Positions 30,500 through 40,550 of a DNA stretch of 64,000 nucleotides are shown here, in pieces. Position 1 is the first letter of the stretch. Every line of letters starts with the position of its first letter. The notes under the pieces are model-generated. The model did not search any database and was not told where the DNA came from. It was given only the letters and a program-made list of their open reading frames with translations. The stretch comes from Thermoanaerobaculia bacterium. GTDB lineage: Bacteria; Acidobacteriota; Thermoanaerobaculia; Multivoradales; JAGPDF01. The position numbers and the translations under genes are program-made. Location of the stretch: positions 1,125-65,124 of the forward strand of contig JAGPDF010000007.1 of the NCBI GenBank assembly GCA_018057705.1, given 5' to 3'.

Positions 30500-31440
30500 C
30501 GCGCTTTCGAGGCGGCCGCCCGGCGCTCGTAGTAGGGGAGCGTGAGCGCCAAGCCCTCGGCGATCCGGGTCTTCGGCGCGGCACCGAGGGCGCGCTCGAG
30601 CCGCCCGGCGTCGAGGCTGTTGCGACGCAGCTCCGCCGAGACCGGCGGCTCGTGGCGCGGACGGATCGTCGAGGCGAGCTGCTTCGAGACCATTTCATAG
30701 AGCGCGTTGACCGAGGTCTCGATCCCCGTGCCGATGTTGTAGATGCCCGGCGTCCAGCGATCGAGCGCGGCGCGATGCGCCTTCACCAGATCGCCGACGA
30801 AGACGTAGTCGCGGGTCTGCGCGCCGTCGTCGAAGATGCGCGGCTGCTCGCCGGCGAGGAGCTTCTCGGCGAGGATCGCGACGATGCCGGCCTCGCCCTT
30901 GGGCTCCTGGCGCGGGCCGTAGATGTTGGCGTAGCGGAAGACGATCGGGTCGAGGTCGCCCATGACGCGGAAGGCATCGAGGTAGAGCTCGACCGCGAGC
31001 TTGGCGCAGCCGTAGGGCGAGGTCGGATGGCGGGAGTGCTCCTCGTCGCACGGGTAGACCTTCTGTTCGCCGTAGACCGTGCCGCCGCTCGAGGCGAAGA
31101 GCAGGCGGCGGACGCCGGACTTCTTGCAGGCCGAGATGAGGTCGAGAGTGGCGAGGATGTTGGTGCGCGCGTCGGCGGTCGGGTCGGCGATCGAGATGCG
31201 GACGTTGACCTGCGCGGCGTGGTGGCTGACGACGTCGATCTTCTCGTCGGCCACGAGCTCGTCGAGGCCGGGGTCGGAGATGTCGCGCTGGTAGAAGGTC
31301 GCGCCGGCCGGAATGTTCTCGCGCTTGCCGGTCGAGAGGTTGTCGAGCACGACGACGCGGTCGCCGTGCGCCAGGGCATCCTCCGCCAGGTGACTGCCGA
31401 TGAAACCGGCACCGCCGGTGATGAGAAGGGTGTGGGCCAT
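30496..31440 (-). CDS. galE: NAD-dependent sugar epimerase (UDP-glucose 4-epimerase family).
   Basis: TGGAGFIGSH Rossmann motif; YGCAK catalytic Y-x3-K; 314 aa. Confidence 0.85.
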   Translation of the reverse strand: MAHTLLITGGAGFIGSHLAEDALAHGDRVVVLDNLSTGKRENIPAGATFYQRDISDPGLDELVADEKIDVVSHHAAQVNVRISIADPTADARTNILATLDLISACKKSGVRRLLFASSGGTVYGEQKVYPCDEEHSRHPTSPYGCAKLAVELYLDAFRVMGDLDPIVFRYANIYGPRQEPKGEAGIVAILAEKLLAGEQPRIFDDGAQTRDYVFVGDLVKAHRAALDRWTPGIYNIGTGIETSVNALYEMVSKQLASTIRPRHEPPVSAELRRNSLDAGRLERALGAAPKTRIAEGLALTLPYYERRAAASKAR

Positions 31441-31499
31441 GGGCGGATTATCCCGCGAATCGCCGGCGGCGCGATGGATAGGCCCTGGCCTGGCATCCT

Positions 31500-31950
31500 C
31501 GTGCTCGGGGTCCTGTCCGGCCCGTCAACGTACGCCGGGGACACGTATCCGCCCTGGGGCGTTGCCGGTCCTACTGCGCGCTCGCTTGGGGCGGCTACCC
31601 GTCCCCAGCTGCGGGTCCGGCCACCCCTCGTCGGCAGGGTGGTGACGAAATTGCCTTCAACAGTGGTTCACCGCGACGCGAGAGGCGCTCGGGATCCAAA
31701 GTGGGCGACCACGCTTCAAATAGGAGCCCGCTTTGGATCCCGAGTGCCCGAGCACGCGACCACCGACGGTACGCCGGGGACACGTATCTGCCCTGAGGCG
31801 GCAAGGGGTTTCCGAACGGTTCGCCTGGGGCAGCTACATGTCCCCGGCTGCGGGTCCGAAAGATCGGTGACAGCTACCTGATTTCCCTCCCCGGCGAACG
31901 CCGGGCTCTCGGACTCTTCTGCAGGGAAATCAGGAAACTGTCACCAATTT
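31500..31950. repeat. Non-coding region with imperfect direct repeats and nested inverted repeats (possible MITE-like element or structured RNA).
   Basis: Direct repeats tacgccggggacacgtatc[c/t]gccctg (31531.. and 31771..) and gcta[cc/ca]tgtcccc[a/g]gctgcgggtccg (31594.. and 31831..). A 14-bp inverted repeat ctcgggatccaaag / ctttggatcccgag (~31690/31740). A ~22-bp inverted repeat ggtgacagctacctgatttccct / agggaaatcaggaaactgtcacc (~31866/31926). Confidence 0.4.
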
Positions 31951-31965
31951 CTCTATAGTGCCCCG

Positions 31966-32589
31966 GTGCGCTCGCTCGCTCCGCTACCCGACTCCTTCTA
32001 CTTTCGCCCCGCCGAGGAGGTAGCCCGGGATCTACTCGGGCGTCTCCTGGTGCGCGAGCTGCCGGAGGGGCGGATCGTCGTCCGGCTGGTGGAGACCGAG
32101 GCGTACGCGGGGCCGCACGATCGCGCGAGCCACGCTTTCGGCGGACGGCGGACGGCGCGCAACGAGTCGATGTATCTCGCCGGGGGGCACGCCTACGTGT
32201 ATCGCATCTACGGCGTGCACTTCTGCCTGAACGTGGTCACCGGCCCGCGCGACGCCGGCATCGCGGTCCTGCTGCGGGCGGCCGAGATCGTGGAGGGGGA
32301 GGAGCTGGTCCGGCGCGGGCGTCCCGAAGTGATCGCCGCTCATCGGCTCCTCGCCGGCCCGGGCAACCTCACGAAGGGCCTGGCGATCGATCTGGCGCTC
32401 GACACCGTGGCGCTCGATCGCGGCACGCTGCGTCTGGCCGCCGGGAAACCGGTCGCGGAGTCTGCGATCCTCACCGGACCCCGAGTCGGCTGCGAATCGG
32501 CCGGCGAGGCGGCCGCCTGGCCGTTGCGCTTCGCCGTGGACGGCAGTCGTGCGGTCTCGTCGCCCAGGCCGCGTCTGCGCTTCCGGTAG
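31966..32589 (+). CDS. mpg: DNA-3-methyladenine glycosylase (Mpg/AAG family).
   Basis: GTG start; ...FYFRPAEEVARDLLG..LV......RLVETEAY.G..D.ASHA..G.T.RN..M...GG.AYVY..YG.H.C.N is characteristic of AAG-family glycosylases. Confidence 0.75.
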   Translation: MRSLAPLPDSFYFRPAEEVARDLLGRLLVRELPEGRIVVRLVETEAYAGPHDRASHAFGGRRTARNESMYLAGGHAYVYRIYGVHFCLNVVTGPRDAGIAVLLRAAEIVEGEELVRRGRPEVIAAHRLLAGPGNLTKGLAIDLALDTVALDRGTLRLAAGKPVAESAILTGPRVGCESAGEAAAWPLRFAVDGSRAVSSPRPRLRFR

Positions 32590-32718
32590 CGGCCGTCCCG
32601 ACCCTTCCACGGCCTTTCCGATGGTGTCGTTCTCCGGAAGGAAACTCCGGGCCCTGGATTCCGAACGCGCACTCACGGGATCGGGACCGCCGGGTGGAGA
32701 ACGGCGGCGAAGGGCCCC

Positions 32719-34134
32719 CTATTGCGGCACGAAGCGGACGACGCCGCGCTCAAAGTCGAGTTCGACGGCGGCGAAGCGGCCGAGGAAGTCGTTGCCGAGG
32801 ATGCCACCGCGTTGCTCGATTCCCCACGCGGTGAGAACGGGAAGATCGGTTACATGGACGCCGACACCGGCGAAGCGCGCTCCGCCAAGATAGAGCTCGG
32901 CGATCTCCGCCCGCGGCGCGCGTACGGCCTTGCCGTCGAGGCCGCGCAACTCGATCGATCGCTCCGGATCCGGTGCCAACGCCAGACCTCGCGCCAGCTC
33001 CGGCCCGAGCAGAGAGACCTTTGCCCCCGTGTCGAGCACCCAATCGACCGCGCGACCAGCGATCGTTCCGGCGAGGAAGATATGCCGGTCGGCGAGGGTG
33101 AACGGGATCTCCGCGGCGTTCGTCGCGGCCGCTTTCCCGGCAATGGCGCCGCCGAAGCGGAGCTCGGGCTCCGGTCCGTAGACGAAGGTCACGCGCGGCG
33201 CCCGGCGGAGAAGATCGAAACCGAGGATGCCGGAGATCTCCCGTTCGCCGATCCGTGGCAGCGACCGCATCACCTGCACTGCCGACTGCTCGAAGCGCAG
33301 CGTGCCGAACGCGAGCGCAGGAAGCTCGGCGATTCCAAGGTGAGCTTCGACCTCGCCCGAGAGGGCGACGACTGCCGCTCCCGCCGTCCGTTCCCCGGCG
33401 GCGGAGTACTCGGTGCTCTCCAGCGGCGCAATCGCGACCTCCCGCGGTAGCGCGTCGCGGGCGACGACGCTCCGCCCTGCCGCGAGATCGACGACGAACC
33501 AGCCCTCAGCGCCGCCCTCCACGCGGCCGCGCGCGAACAGATGCTCGCCGTCGAATTCGAGCGCGACGTCGCCGGCGACCGCGGCCTCGGCGCGCGCCAA
33601 CGACGTCTCGAGCGTCAGCGAGAGATCGCCCGGGTTGAGCGGGATTCGGCCGCCGAACAGATCGAGCACCGGCCCGCGGCCCGGCGCGATCGCACTGCCG
33701 GCGCGGACCTCGAATACCTGGCCGGGGCCACTCGCCGTGCGCAGATGAACGCGCAGGTCATAACTCTCGACGACCGCGAGCGGTACGGCCGGAAGGGCGC
33801 GCGCCGGCGCCCCCGGTCGCTCGACGGTCGCCTCGAGCCCGGAACCGGTGCAGCGCGCCACGAGCCGCGCTCCAGCGGAAGCCATCTGCACGAGGTCGGC
33901 TGATTTGCCGGGTGAGAGTGGCAGCACGAACGTCATTGCCTCTCCACCCGCTCCGACAAGGAACCGCCGCTCTTCGCCCGGCGCGAGATCCACCCGCTCC
34001 AGTGCGTAGGGCTCCCGCTCGCCCGTCACGAGAAAGAGGCGGCAGCCCGCCGCCTCCGCTGCACACCCTGGAACTCCCGAGAGCAGCGCGGCACACCCGA
34101 TCGAACCCAGCCCGGCCCAGAAAGCACGCTGCAT
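32719..34134 (-). CDS. Secreted protein with a C-terminal retropepsin-like (clan AA) aspartic protease domain.
   Basis: ATG at 34134 preceded by GGAGGA (the upstream 280 aa of the 750-aa ORF is a high-GC artefact); signal peptide MQRAFWAGLGSIGCAALLSGVPGCAA; D-T-G active-site motif in DWVLDTGAKVSLLG. Confidence 0.6.
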   Translation of the reverse strand: MQRAFWAGLGSIGCAALLSGVPGCAAEAAGCRLFLVTGEREPYALERVDLAPGEERRFLVGAGGEAMTFVLPLSPGKSADLVQMASAGARLVARCTGSGLEATVERPGAPARALPAVPLAVVESYDLRVHLRTASGPGQVFEVRAGSAIAPGRGPVLDLFGGRIPLNPGDLSLTLETSLARAEAAVAGDVALEFDGEHLFARGRVEGGAEGWFVVDLAAGRSVVARDALPREVAIAPLESTEYSAAGERTAGAAVVALSGEVEAHLGIAELPALAFGTLRFEQSAVQVMRSLPRIGEREISGILGFDLLRRAPRVTFVYGPEPELRFGGAIAGKAAATNAAEIPFTLADRHIFLAGTIAGRAVDWVLDTGAKVSLLGPELARGLALAPDPERSIELRGLDGKAVRAPRAEIAELYLGGARFAGVGVHVTDLPVLTAWGIEQRGGILGNDFLGRFAAVELDFERGVVRFVPQ

Positions 34135-34292
34135 TGTCACTCCTCCGAGAACTGCTCCCGGCGGCGAGAACGCAAACGAAGTGCCAGATGCTCTACGCCG
34201 GCGGGAGCGCACTCCGCCCGAGGCCGGTACGCGTGCGAGCTGCCGATATCGGGAAGAGTTTCCCGAAATGAGCACGCGCCAGCGGCCCTCGG

Positions 34293-35441
34293 CTAGTTGG
34301 CCGGCTTCTCCAGCCGGACGTGGCCGGCCTTGAGGAGCTTCCAGACCGCGAGTTGGACGTCGAGCGGGTTCATCGAGCTGATGTTGACGATCGACTTGAG
34401 ATCGTAGGAGCCGTTCAGGCGGGTGAGGAGGAAGCCCTCTTGCGACGTGATCTTGAGCTGGGTGAGCTCTTCCATCGTGCGCGCGAGGACCGGAATCGAG
34501 GTCGGGAGCACGCCGGACTTCTCGATCGCGGCGCGGATCAGCTCCTCGATCTTCTGCGCCTCCGTGGCGAGCTTGCGGCTGTCGGGGTCGAGCGCTCTGG
34601 CGGCGCGCATGTGTCGAAGCGTCGTTTCGAACTCGTTCTTCTGCAGCGCCTGCTGGGCGATGACCATGAGTGTTTCGGGCGTGATGGCCTGCGGCGCCGC
34701 GAGCGCGGCGGCGGTCGCCGCGGTTTCCGCCGCCGGCGTGTCGCGCGGCCGGACGATCTTCAGCCGCTTCGATTGCACCTGGCGGAAGAGAATCCGGCAG
34801 ACGTGGAACTCGCTCGAGTGGGTGAGTTTGCAGATCTCGGCGACGGTGCGGTCGTCGTCGATGAGCGAGAGGATCTGCGGCGCTCCCTCGGTGAGGACCT
34901 TCTCGTCGAACTCGGCCACCGCGACCGGAATGGAATCCGGCGAGGGAACGATCCCGCGGATCCGCTTCCACTCATCGAAGCGCTGCATGCCTTCGAGGAC
35001 GAGACCGGTGACGTCGATCGAGATCGGCACCATGTTGGCCGTCGGCAGCTTCTGATCGAGAAAGCGGAAGTCTCCCTCCGGCCAGCTGAAGACGTCGTAG
35101 ATCGACTCCTCGGCCTTGAGCCGGAGCATGCGATGCACGTCCTGCTCGGAAATCGCCCCGATCGTCGAGAGGATCTTTCCGAGCAGCATCTTGTTGCTCT
35201 CCTGCATCCGGATCGCCTGCCCGAGCTCGGCGTCGGTGATGAAGCCGTGGCTGACGAGGAAGGCCCCGAGATGCTCCTTGGGGTCGGTCGAGGCCGACGA
35301 GACGATCATGCCGTCGCGGAAGAAGATCTGCTTCGTGACCTTGCCGTTCTCGACCACGAGCGTGCCGGTCTTCTGGGCTCCGGAGAGCCACTGAAGGAGC
35401 TCGGCGAGCTCCATGGTTTTGAGATTTCCCGTAATACTCAT
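34293..35441 (-). CDS. DUF4388-domain protein (PATAN-like N-terminal domain) with a C-terminal helical region.
   Basis: N-terminal LKTMELAELLQWLSGAQKTGTLVVENGKVTKQIFFRDG is the DUF4388 signature; noticeably more AT-rich than its neighbours. Confidence 0.65.
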   Translation of the reverse strand: MSITGNLKTMELAELLQWLSGAQKTGTLVVENGKVTKQIFFRDGMIVSSASTDPKEHLGAFLVSHGFITDAELGQAIRMQESNKMLLGKILSTIGAISEQDVHRMLRLKAEESIYDVFSWPEGDFRFLDQKLPTANMVPISIDVTGLVLEGMQRFDEWKRIRGIVPSPDSIPVAVAEFDEKVLTEGAPQILSLIDDDRTVAEICKLTHSSEFHVCRILFRQVQSKRLKIVRPRDTPAAETAATAAALAAPQAITPETLMVIAQQALQKNEFETTLRHMRAARALDPDSRKLATEAQKIEELIRAAIEKSGVLPTSIPVLARTMEELTQLKITSQEGFLLTRLNGSYDLKSIVNISSMNPLDVQLAVWKLLKAGHVRLEKPAN

Positions 35442-35553
35442 CGCGATCGTCGCAGCTCTCGATTATAGCCGCGAAGGATGAGGCCGCCGTGCGGTGCCTG
35501 GACGAGCTCGGGACGGTCGCGCATCTCCGGCGGCGGGGGAGCGCGAGGCGGGG

Positions 35554-36042
35554 CTACTTGCGGGCGATCGTCGTGCCGCGCTGGCCCTGGTAGTGCGACG
35601 ACGAGCCGGGCTCGCCATAGGCCACGTCGGGTTCCGACTCCATCGCGATGAAGATCAGCTGCGCGATCCGCCGGTTTGCTTCGAGCACGAATGGCGTGGG
35701 CCCCAGGTTCTGGAGCTCGAGGGTGATGTTGCCCTGGAAGCCGGGGTCGCACCAGCCGGCGAGCGAGTGGTTGATCCACAGTCTGCCGAGGGTCGACTTG
35801 AGCTTGAGGTCGCAGGCCACGGTGCGCGGAATGCGCACGTATTCGAGCGTCGAAGCGAGGACGACCTCTCCCGGGAAGAGCTTGATGTGCGGCGCCCGGA
35901 ACTCTTCCGGGTCCCGCGTCGGGCAGATCCAGTGATCCGAGAGGCGCAGGTCGAACGAGGCCGAGTTGATCTGCGAAGGCTCGTAGGGATCGACGCCGCC
36001 CTCTTCTGCCCAGGCGCGAATCCAGCGGTCGGGTTTGATCAT
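35554..36042 (-). CDS. dcd: dCTP deaminase.
   Basis: MIKPDRWIRAWAEEGG...PSQINSASFDLRL... matches the Dcd N-terminus. The ATG at 36042 avoids overlap with glpX; the ORF-track start at 36108 is the alternative. Confidence 0.7.
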   Translation of the reverse strand: MIKPDRWIRAWAEEGGVDPYEPSQINSASFDLRLSDHWICPTRDPEEFRAPHIKLFPGEVVLASTLEYVRIPRTVACDLKLKSTLGRLWINHSLAGWCDPGFQGNITLELQNLGPTPFVLEANRRIAQLIFIAMESEPDVAYGEPGSSSHYQGQRGTTIARK

Positions 36043-36070
36043 CGGATGCTCGCGGATCTCACGGAAAGGA

Positions 36071-37057
36071 TCAGACGTCGAAGTAGGCGGGCGTCGAAAG
36101 ATCCTCACGGTGGATCGTGTCCACGAAGCGGATCATCTTGCGCGTGAGCGACATGAAGAGCGTGTGGGAGCGCGAGCCGCCGCCGAAGAAGCGGACGCCG
36201 CGCAGCAGCTCGCCGTCGGTGACGCCGCTGCACGAGAACAGGATCTGCTCGCCCGGCGCGAGGTCCTCCGTCTGGTAGATCTTCGAGAGGTCGTGATAGC
36301 CGAGCGCCGCGAGTCGGGACTTCTGCCCCTCGTCGGTGGCCACGAGCCGCGCCTGGATCTCGCCGCCCAGGCAGCGCATGGCGGCGGCGGTGATCACCCC
36401 CTCGGGGGCGCCGCCCGTTCCGAGCACCGCGTGCACGCCGGTACCGCGAACCGCGGCGGCGATGCCGGCCGAGAGGTCACCGTCGCCGATCAGGCGGATG
36501 CGGGCGCCGGCCGTCCGGATGTCGGCGATCAGTTGCTCGTGGCGCGGGCGGTCGAGAACGACGATCGTCAGGTCCTCGATGTCGCGCGCGAACGCCTTCG
36601 CCAGAGCCCGCAGGTTCTCGATGACCGGGGCGTCGATGTGAAGCCGGCCCTTGGCGGTCGGCCCGACGACGAGCTTCTGCATGTAGCTGTCCGGGGCGTG
36701 GAGGAGTCCGCCGCGCTCCGCGGCCGCGAGCACCGCCGTGGCGTTGGAGGCGCCGGTGGCGCAGAGGTTGGTGCCCTCGAGCGGGTCGACGGCGATGTCC
36801 ACGCCGACGCCGTCCGGGTTGCCCTTGAGCGCTCCGACCTCCTCGCCGATGAACAGCATCGGCGCCTCGTCGCGCTCGCCCTCGCCGATGACGATGCGGC
36901 CGGCGATCGCGAGACTGTCGAGCTCCTCGCGCATCGCCTCGACGGCGACCTTGTCCGACTTGTGACGGTCGCCGAGTCCCATGGTACGCGCCGCGGCGAT
37001 CGCCGCCCGCTCGGTGACGCGGATGAAGTCCTGTTCGAGGATGCGATCGAGGGTCAT
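36071..37057 (-). CDS. glpX: Class II fructose-1,6-bisphosphatase (GlpX).
   Basis: 328-aa protein, [24 protein letters not shown]...[15 protein letters not shown]...DPLEGT..., typical of GlpX. It is the C-terminal part of the 695-aa artefactual ORF; ATGA overlap with the upstream gene. Confidence 0.85.
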   Translation of the reverse strand: MTLDRILEQDFIRVTERAAIAAARTMGLGDRHKSDKVAVEAMREELDSLAIAGRIVIGEGERDEAPMLFIGEEVGALKGNPDGVGVDIAVDPLEGTNLCATGASNATAVLAAAERGGLLHAPDSYMQKLVVGPTAKGRLHIDAPVIENLRALAKAFARDIEDLTIVVLDRPRHEQLIADIRTAGARIRLIGDGDLSAGIAAAVRGTGVHAVLGTGGAPEGVITAAAMRCLGGEIQARLVATDEGQKSRLAALGYHDLSKIYQTEDLAPGEQILFSCSGVTDGELLRGVRFFGGGSRSHTLFMSLTRKMIRFVDTIHREDLSTPAYFDV

Positions 37058-38280
37058 CGGCTTGTCGCTCCCGCCTTGGGCTTGCGTTCGGTGACCATCG
37101 GGGGGTTGTAGGCGGGAATTCCGGTCACCGCCTCGCCGATCACCAGGCCGTGGATGTCGTGCGTGCCCTCGTAGGTGAAGACCGACTCGATGTTCAGCAT
37201 GTGCCGGATGACCGGATAGTCGTCCACGATGCCGTTGGCGCCCAGAATCTCGCGCGCCATGCGGGCGCATTCGCGCGCCACCCAGACGTTGTTGCGCTTG
37301 CCCATCGAGACGTGGTGCGGCTTGAGCTTGCCGGCGTCCTTGAGTCTGCCCATCTGCAGCGCGAGAAGCTGGCCCTTGGTGATCTCGGTGACCATCCAGG
37401 CGAGCTTCTCCTGCACGAGCTGGTGGCTGGCGATCGGCTGGCCCATGAACTGGATGCGCTGCTTCGCGTACTCGAGCGCCGTGTGGTAGCACTCCATGGC
37501 GGCGCCCAGGCCTCCCCAGGCGATGCCGTAGCGCGCCTGCGTGAGACAGGAGAGCGGTCCGCGGAGGCCCTTGGCGCCGGGCAGGATGGCGTCGTCGGGG
37601 ACATGGCAGTCGTGAAGGCCGAGCTCGGAGGTCGTCGAGGCGCGCAGCGAGAACTTGCCGTGCTGGTCCGAGGAGGTGTAGCCGGGCGTACCCTTTTCGA
37701 CCAGAAATCCGCGAATGCCGGAGGAGGAATCGTCGGTCTGCGCCCAGACGACCGCGACGTCGGCGAGCGTGCCGTTGGTGATCCATTGTTTGGCGCCGTT
37801 CAGCACCCAGCCGTCGGAGGTCTTCTTCGCCGTCGTTCGCATGCCGCCCGGGTTCGAGCCGAAGTCCGGTTCGGTCAGCCCGAAGCAGCCGATCGCCTCG
37901 CCGGTGCCCATCTTCGGGATCCAGCGGTCTTTCTGGGCCTGCGACCCAAAGGTGTAGATCGGGTACATGACGAGCGACGACTGCACCGACACGAAGCTGC
38001 GCAACCCTGAGTCGCCGCGCTCGAGCTCGGTCATGATCAGGCCGTAGGCGACGTTGTCCAGCCCGGGAAGGCCGTATTCGTCGATGGTCGAGCCGAAGAG
38101 GTTCATGCGGCCCATCTCGGGCACCAGCTCGAGCGGCGTGCGGCCGTCGCGGTGGCACTCCTCGATGATCGGCTTGACCTTCTCGTCCACGAAGGCGCGG
38201 ACGGAGTCGCGCACCAGGCGCTGCTCTTCGGTGAGCAGAGCGTCGAAGTCCATGTAATCCACACCGGGAAAGCGGTTCAC
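37054..38280 (-). CDS. gcdH: Acyl-CoA dehydrogenase, glutaryl-CoA dehydrogenase-like.
   Basis: [22 protein letters not shown]... N-terminus and ...[20 protein letters not shown]-terminus are typical of GCDH. GTG at 38280 after GGAGGCCGTC; the ATG at 38253 is the alternative. Confidence 0.8.
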   Translation of the reverse strand: MNRFPGVDYMDFDALLTEEQRLVRDSVRAFVDEKVKPIIEECHRDGRTPLELVPEMGRMNLFGSTIDEYGLPGLDNVAYGLIMTELERGDSGLRSFVSVQSSLVMYPIYTFGSQAQKDRWIPKMGTGEAIGCFGLTEPDFGSNPGGMRTTAKKTSDGWVLNGAKQWITNGTLADVAVVWAQTDDSSSGIRGFLVEKGTPGYTSSDQHGKFSLRASTTSELGLHDCHVPDDAILPGAKGLRGPLSCLTQARYGIAWGGLGAAMECYHTALEYAKQRIQFMGQPIASHQLVQEKLAWMVTEITKGQLLALQMGRLKDAGKLKPHHVSMGKRNNVWVARECARMAREILGANGIVDDYPVIRHMLNIESVFTYEGTHDIHGLVIGEAVTGIPAYNPPMVTERKPKAGATSR

Positions 38281-38413
38281 GACGGCCTCCTGAGCCTCCA
38301 AATGGGCGGGTGAGACGGGGCCGGATTTGGAACCGGCCGGGTGGCGGAATACTAACACGCGGCTCCGCTATGATCGGGCCGTGGCCAGTTTCTCCGGAGG
38401 CAGCGCATACGCC

Positions 38414-38671
38414 ATGGCGAAGGACATCGCCGATGGCTATCTGATGGTCACCGAGCGCACCTATCAGCGCTTCGAGTCGGCGCAGCTCGACCAGCTGGCG
38501 TTCGAGCTCGAGCGCGCTCAGCGCGACATCCGCGGCGTCCTCTCGGCTGCCGACGACATCGCGACCGTCCAGCAGCGCAACCGCAAGCTCCAGCGGCTGA
38601 CCCAGGCGATCGCCATGCTGCGGGGAGTCCAGGCGCGCACCAAGTCGCGGCTGGTCCGGAAGAAGGACTGA
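38414..38671 (+). CDS. Small hypothetical coiled-coil protein (85 aa).
   Basis: ATG at 38414 with GGAGG ~12 nt upstream; immediately precedes the CPBP protease gene; no family recognised. Confidence 0.3.
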   Translation: MAKDIADGYLMVTERTYQRFESAQLDQLAFELERAQRDIRGVLSAADDIATVQQRNRKLQRLTQAIAMLRGVQARTKSRLVRKKD

Positions 38672-38679
38672 CCGCGGCA

Positions 38680-39573
38680 GTGGAGGCTCTGCGAACGATC
38701 GGGCCGGTGGTCGCGGCGCTAGGCGCCGTGCTCCTCTTCGATCACATGACCCGGAGACGCGGGCTCGACCCGCCCGGATTCCGCGAGCCGCTGCGGCGGA
38801 TCGCCGCGACGTCGCTGGTCGCGTTCAGTTTCTACGTCGGCGTCTTCGCCGCCGTCGGCACGATCGGCAGGCAGGGCGAGATCGACCTCTCCCAGTTGAG
38901 CAGCTGGCAGCTCTTCGCCCTGCACGCACTGTTCGCGCTGACGATCGTCGGCTGGTGGATGGCCGGATTCCTGGCGGTGCCGCGACCCGTTCCGGACATG
39001 TCGGCAGTCGCGGCGGAGCCGGTCGGCGAGACAGCCGCGAGCTCGGCCGCCGGGCCTTCGACCGGCTGGAGGAGCTTCGCCGAGCAGCTGGGAATGCGTA
39101 CGCCGAATCTGCGGCGCGAGCTCGCCCTGGGAATGGTCGCCGGGGTCGGCGCCTGGCTCGCCGTGTTGTGCGCGGTCTTCGTTTTCGCCCTGGTGCTCTC
39201 CGCGCTCTCGGGCGAGGAGCTCCTCCCCCAGGCGCCGCCGGCGGTGATCCCGTGGCTCGCCGGGCGCCCGATCCTCCTGCGCCTGGCGATCGCCGCGTCG
39301 GCTGGACTGGTGGAGGAGGCGTTCTTCCGCGGCTTCCTTCAGCCGCGCATCGGTATCGCGCTCTCGACGGTCTTCTTCGCGCTCGCTCACCTCTCCTACG
39401 ACCAGCCGATCATGCTCGTGGGCGTGACCCTGCTGTCGCTGCTCTACGGACTGCTGACCCGCTGGCGTCAGAACATCTGGCCGGCGATCGTCGCGCACTT
39501 TCTCTTCGACGCCATTCAGCTCCTGGTGGTCATACCGGCGGTCCTCGAGCTCTTCCAGCCCTCGGCGCCGTGA
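38680..39573 (+). CDS. CPBP-family intramembrane metalloprotease (CAAX protease / Abi family).
   Basis: Motifs [15 protein letters not shown] and HFLFD in a multi-TM protein; GTG start. Confidence 0.7.
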   Translation: MEALRTIGPVVAALGAVLLFDHMTRRRGLDPPGFREPLRRIAATSLVAFSFYVGVFAAVGTIGRQGEIDLSQLSSWQLFALHALFALTIVGWWMAGFLAVPRPVPDMSAVAAEPVGETAASSAAGPSTGWRSFAEQLGMRTPNLRRELALGMVAGVGAWLAVLCAVFVFALVLSALSGEELLPQAPPAVIPWLAGRPILLRLAIAASAGLVEEAFFRGFLQPRIGIALSTVFFALAHLSYDQPIMLVGVTLLSLLYGLLTRWRQNIWPAIVAHFLFDAIQLLVVIPAVLELFQPSAP

Positions 39574-39653
39574 CGTTCCCGCCCGAATGAAATGAAGGAA
39601 ATCCGGTCTTTTCGTCGGTCCCCGTTCTGCTACACTTCGCCCGGTTTCTACCC

Positions 39654-40130
39654 ATGACTTCGACCGCGGGACGGGAGCTCCATCTGACGATCGGCAGCCG
39701 GTTCGAGAATATCGAGCTGGTGCAGGCGGTCGTGGACGATGCGCTGCGCGAAGGTGGCGCGGCCGAGGACGCCCGGCACTGGATCGGTCTGGCGCTGCGC
39801 GAGGCGGTGGCCAACGCCATCAAGCACGGCAACCGCCAGGACCCCGACAAGCAGGTGGAGATCCAGGCCAGTTTCGACCCGGAGCAGGTGGAGATCCGGG
39901 TCGACGACCAGGGGGCCGGCTTCGATCCGGACGAAGTGGTCGATCCCCTGGCGCCGGAGAACCGTTTTCGCGCCAGCGGTCGGGGCATCTTCTATATGCG
40001 AAAGTTCATGGACGAGGTCGAATTCGAATCCGGCCCCTCGGGAGGGACACGGCTCCGGCTGCGCAAGCGGCTGACCCCCGCCCCCGAGGCCGGCAACATC
40101 TCCAGCAACATCCAACATCACGAACAATAG
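39654..40130 (+). CDS. rsbW: Anti-sigma regulatory factor serine kinase (RsbW/SpoIIAB-like, HATPase_c).
   Basis: ...ALREAVANAIKHGN...VDDQGAGFDP...GRGIFYMRKFMDEV. Confidence 0.75.
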   Translation: MTSTAGRELHLTIGSRFENIELVQAVVDDALREGGAAEDARHWIGLALREAVANAIKHGNRQDPDKQVEIQASFDPEQVEIRVDDQGAGFDPDEVVDPLAPENRFRASGRGIFYMRKFMDEVEFESGPSGGTRLRLRKRLTPAPEAGNISSNIQHHEQ

Positions 40131-40147
40131 ACAGGAGGAGTGGAGTC

Positions 40148-40483
40148 ATGAAAATCACCAAGCGGGAACGGGATGGCGTGATCATTCTCGAAGTCGAGGG
40201 CAAGGTCACGATCGGCAAAGGTGACGTCGTCCTGCGCGAGACGGTGCACGAGGCGATCGGCGACCGGGCGGTCAAGATGCTGATCAACCTCGGCCAGGTC
40301 AGCACCATCGATTCATCGGGCGTGGGCGAACTGGTGAGCGCCTTCACGACGGTCACGAATCGCGGCGGCAAGCTGAAGCTCGTCAATCTGCCGCCGAAGG
40401 TCAACGACATCCTGCAGATCACCCAGCTGATCACGGTGTTCGAGGTGTTCGAGAGCGAAGACGAAGCCGTCCGATCCTTCTGA
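40148..40483 (+). CDS. rsbV: Anti-sigma factor antagonist (STAS domain, RsbV/SpoIIAA-like).
   Basis: 111 aa; ...LINLGQVSTIDSSGVGELVSAF...GGKLKLVNLPPKVNDILQITQL...; phosphorylatable Ser in DSSG. Confidence 0.8.
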   Translation: MKITKRERDGVIILEVEGKVTIGKGDVVLRETVHEAIGDRAVKMLINLGQVSTIDSSGVGELVSAFTTVTNRGGKLKLVNLPPKVNDILQITQLITVFEVFESEDEAVRSF

Positions 40484-40550
40484 CCTGACGAAAACCACGA
40501 GCCAGCTTTCCTCGCGCCTCGATCCGCGCCTCGCTGCATTCGCGGCGCGA

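Noticed and set aside
32719-34971. Full 750-aa ORF for the aspartic-protease gene.
   Set aside because: The first 279 codons are Arg/Pro/Gly-rich junk. A strong RBS (GGAGGA) plus signal peptide begins at the internal ATG at 34134.
36071-38158. 695-aa ORF fusing glpX with upstream sequence.
   Set aside because: The GlpX homology starts at MTLDRIL (ATG at 37057, ATGA-coupled to gcdH). The upstream portion lies out of frame over gcdH.
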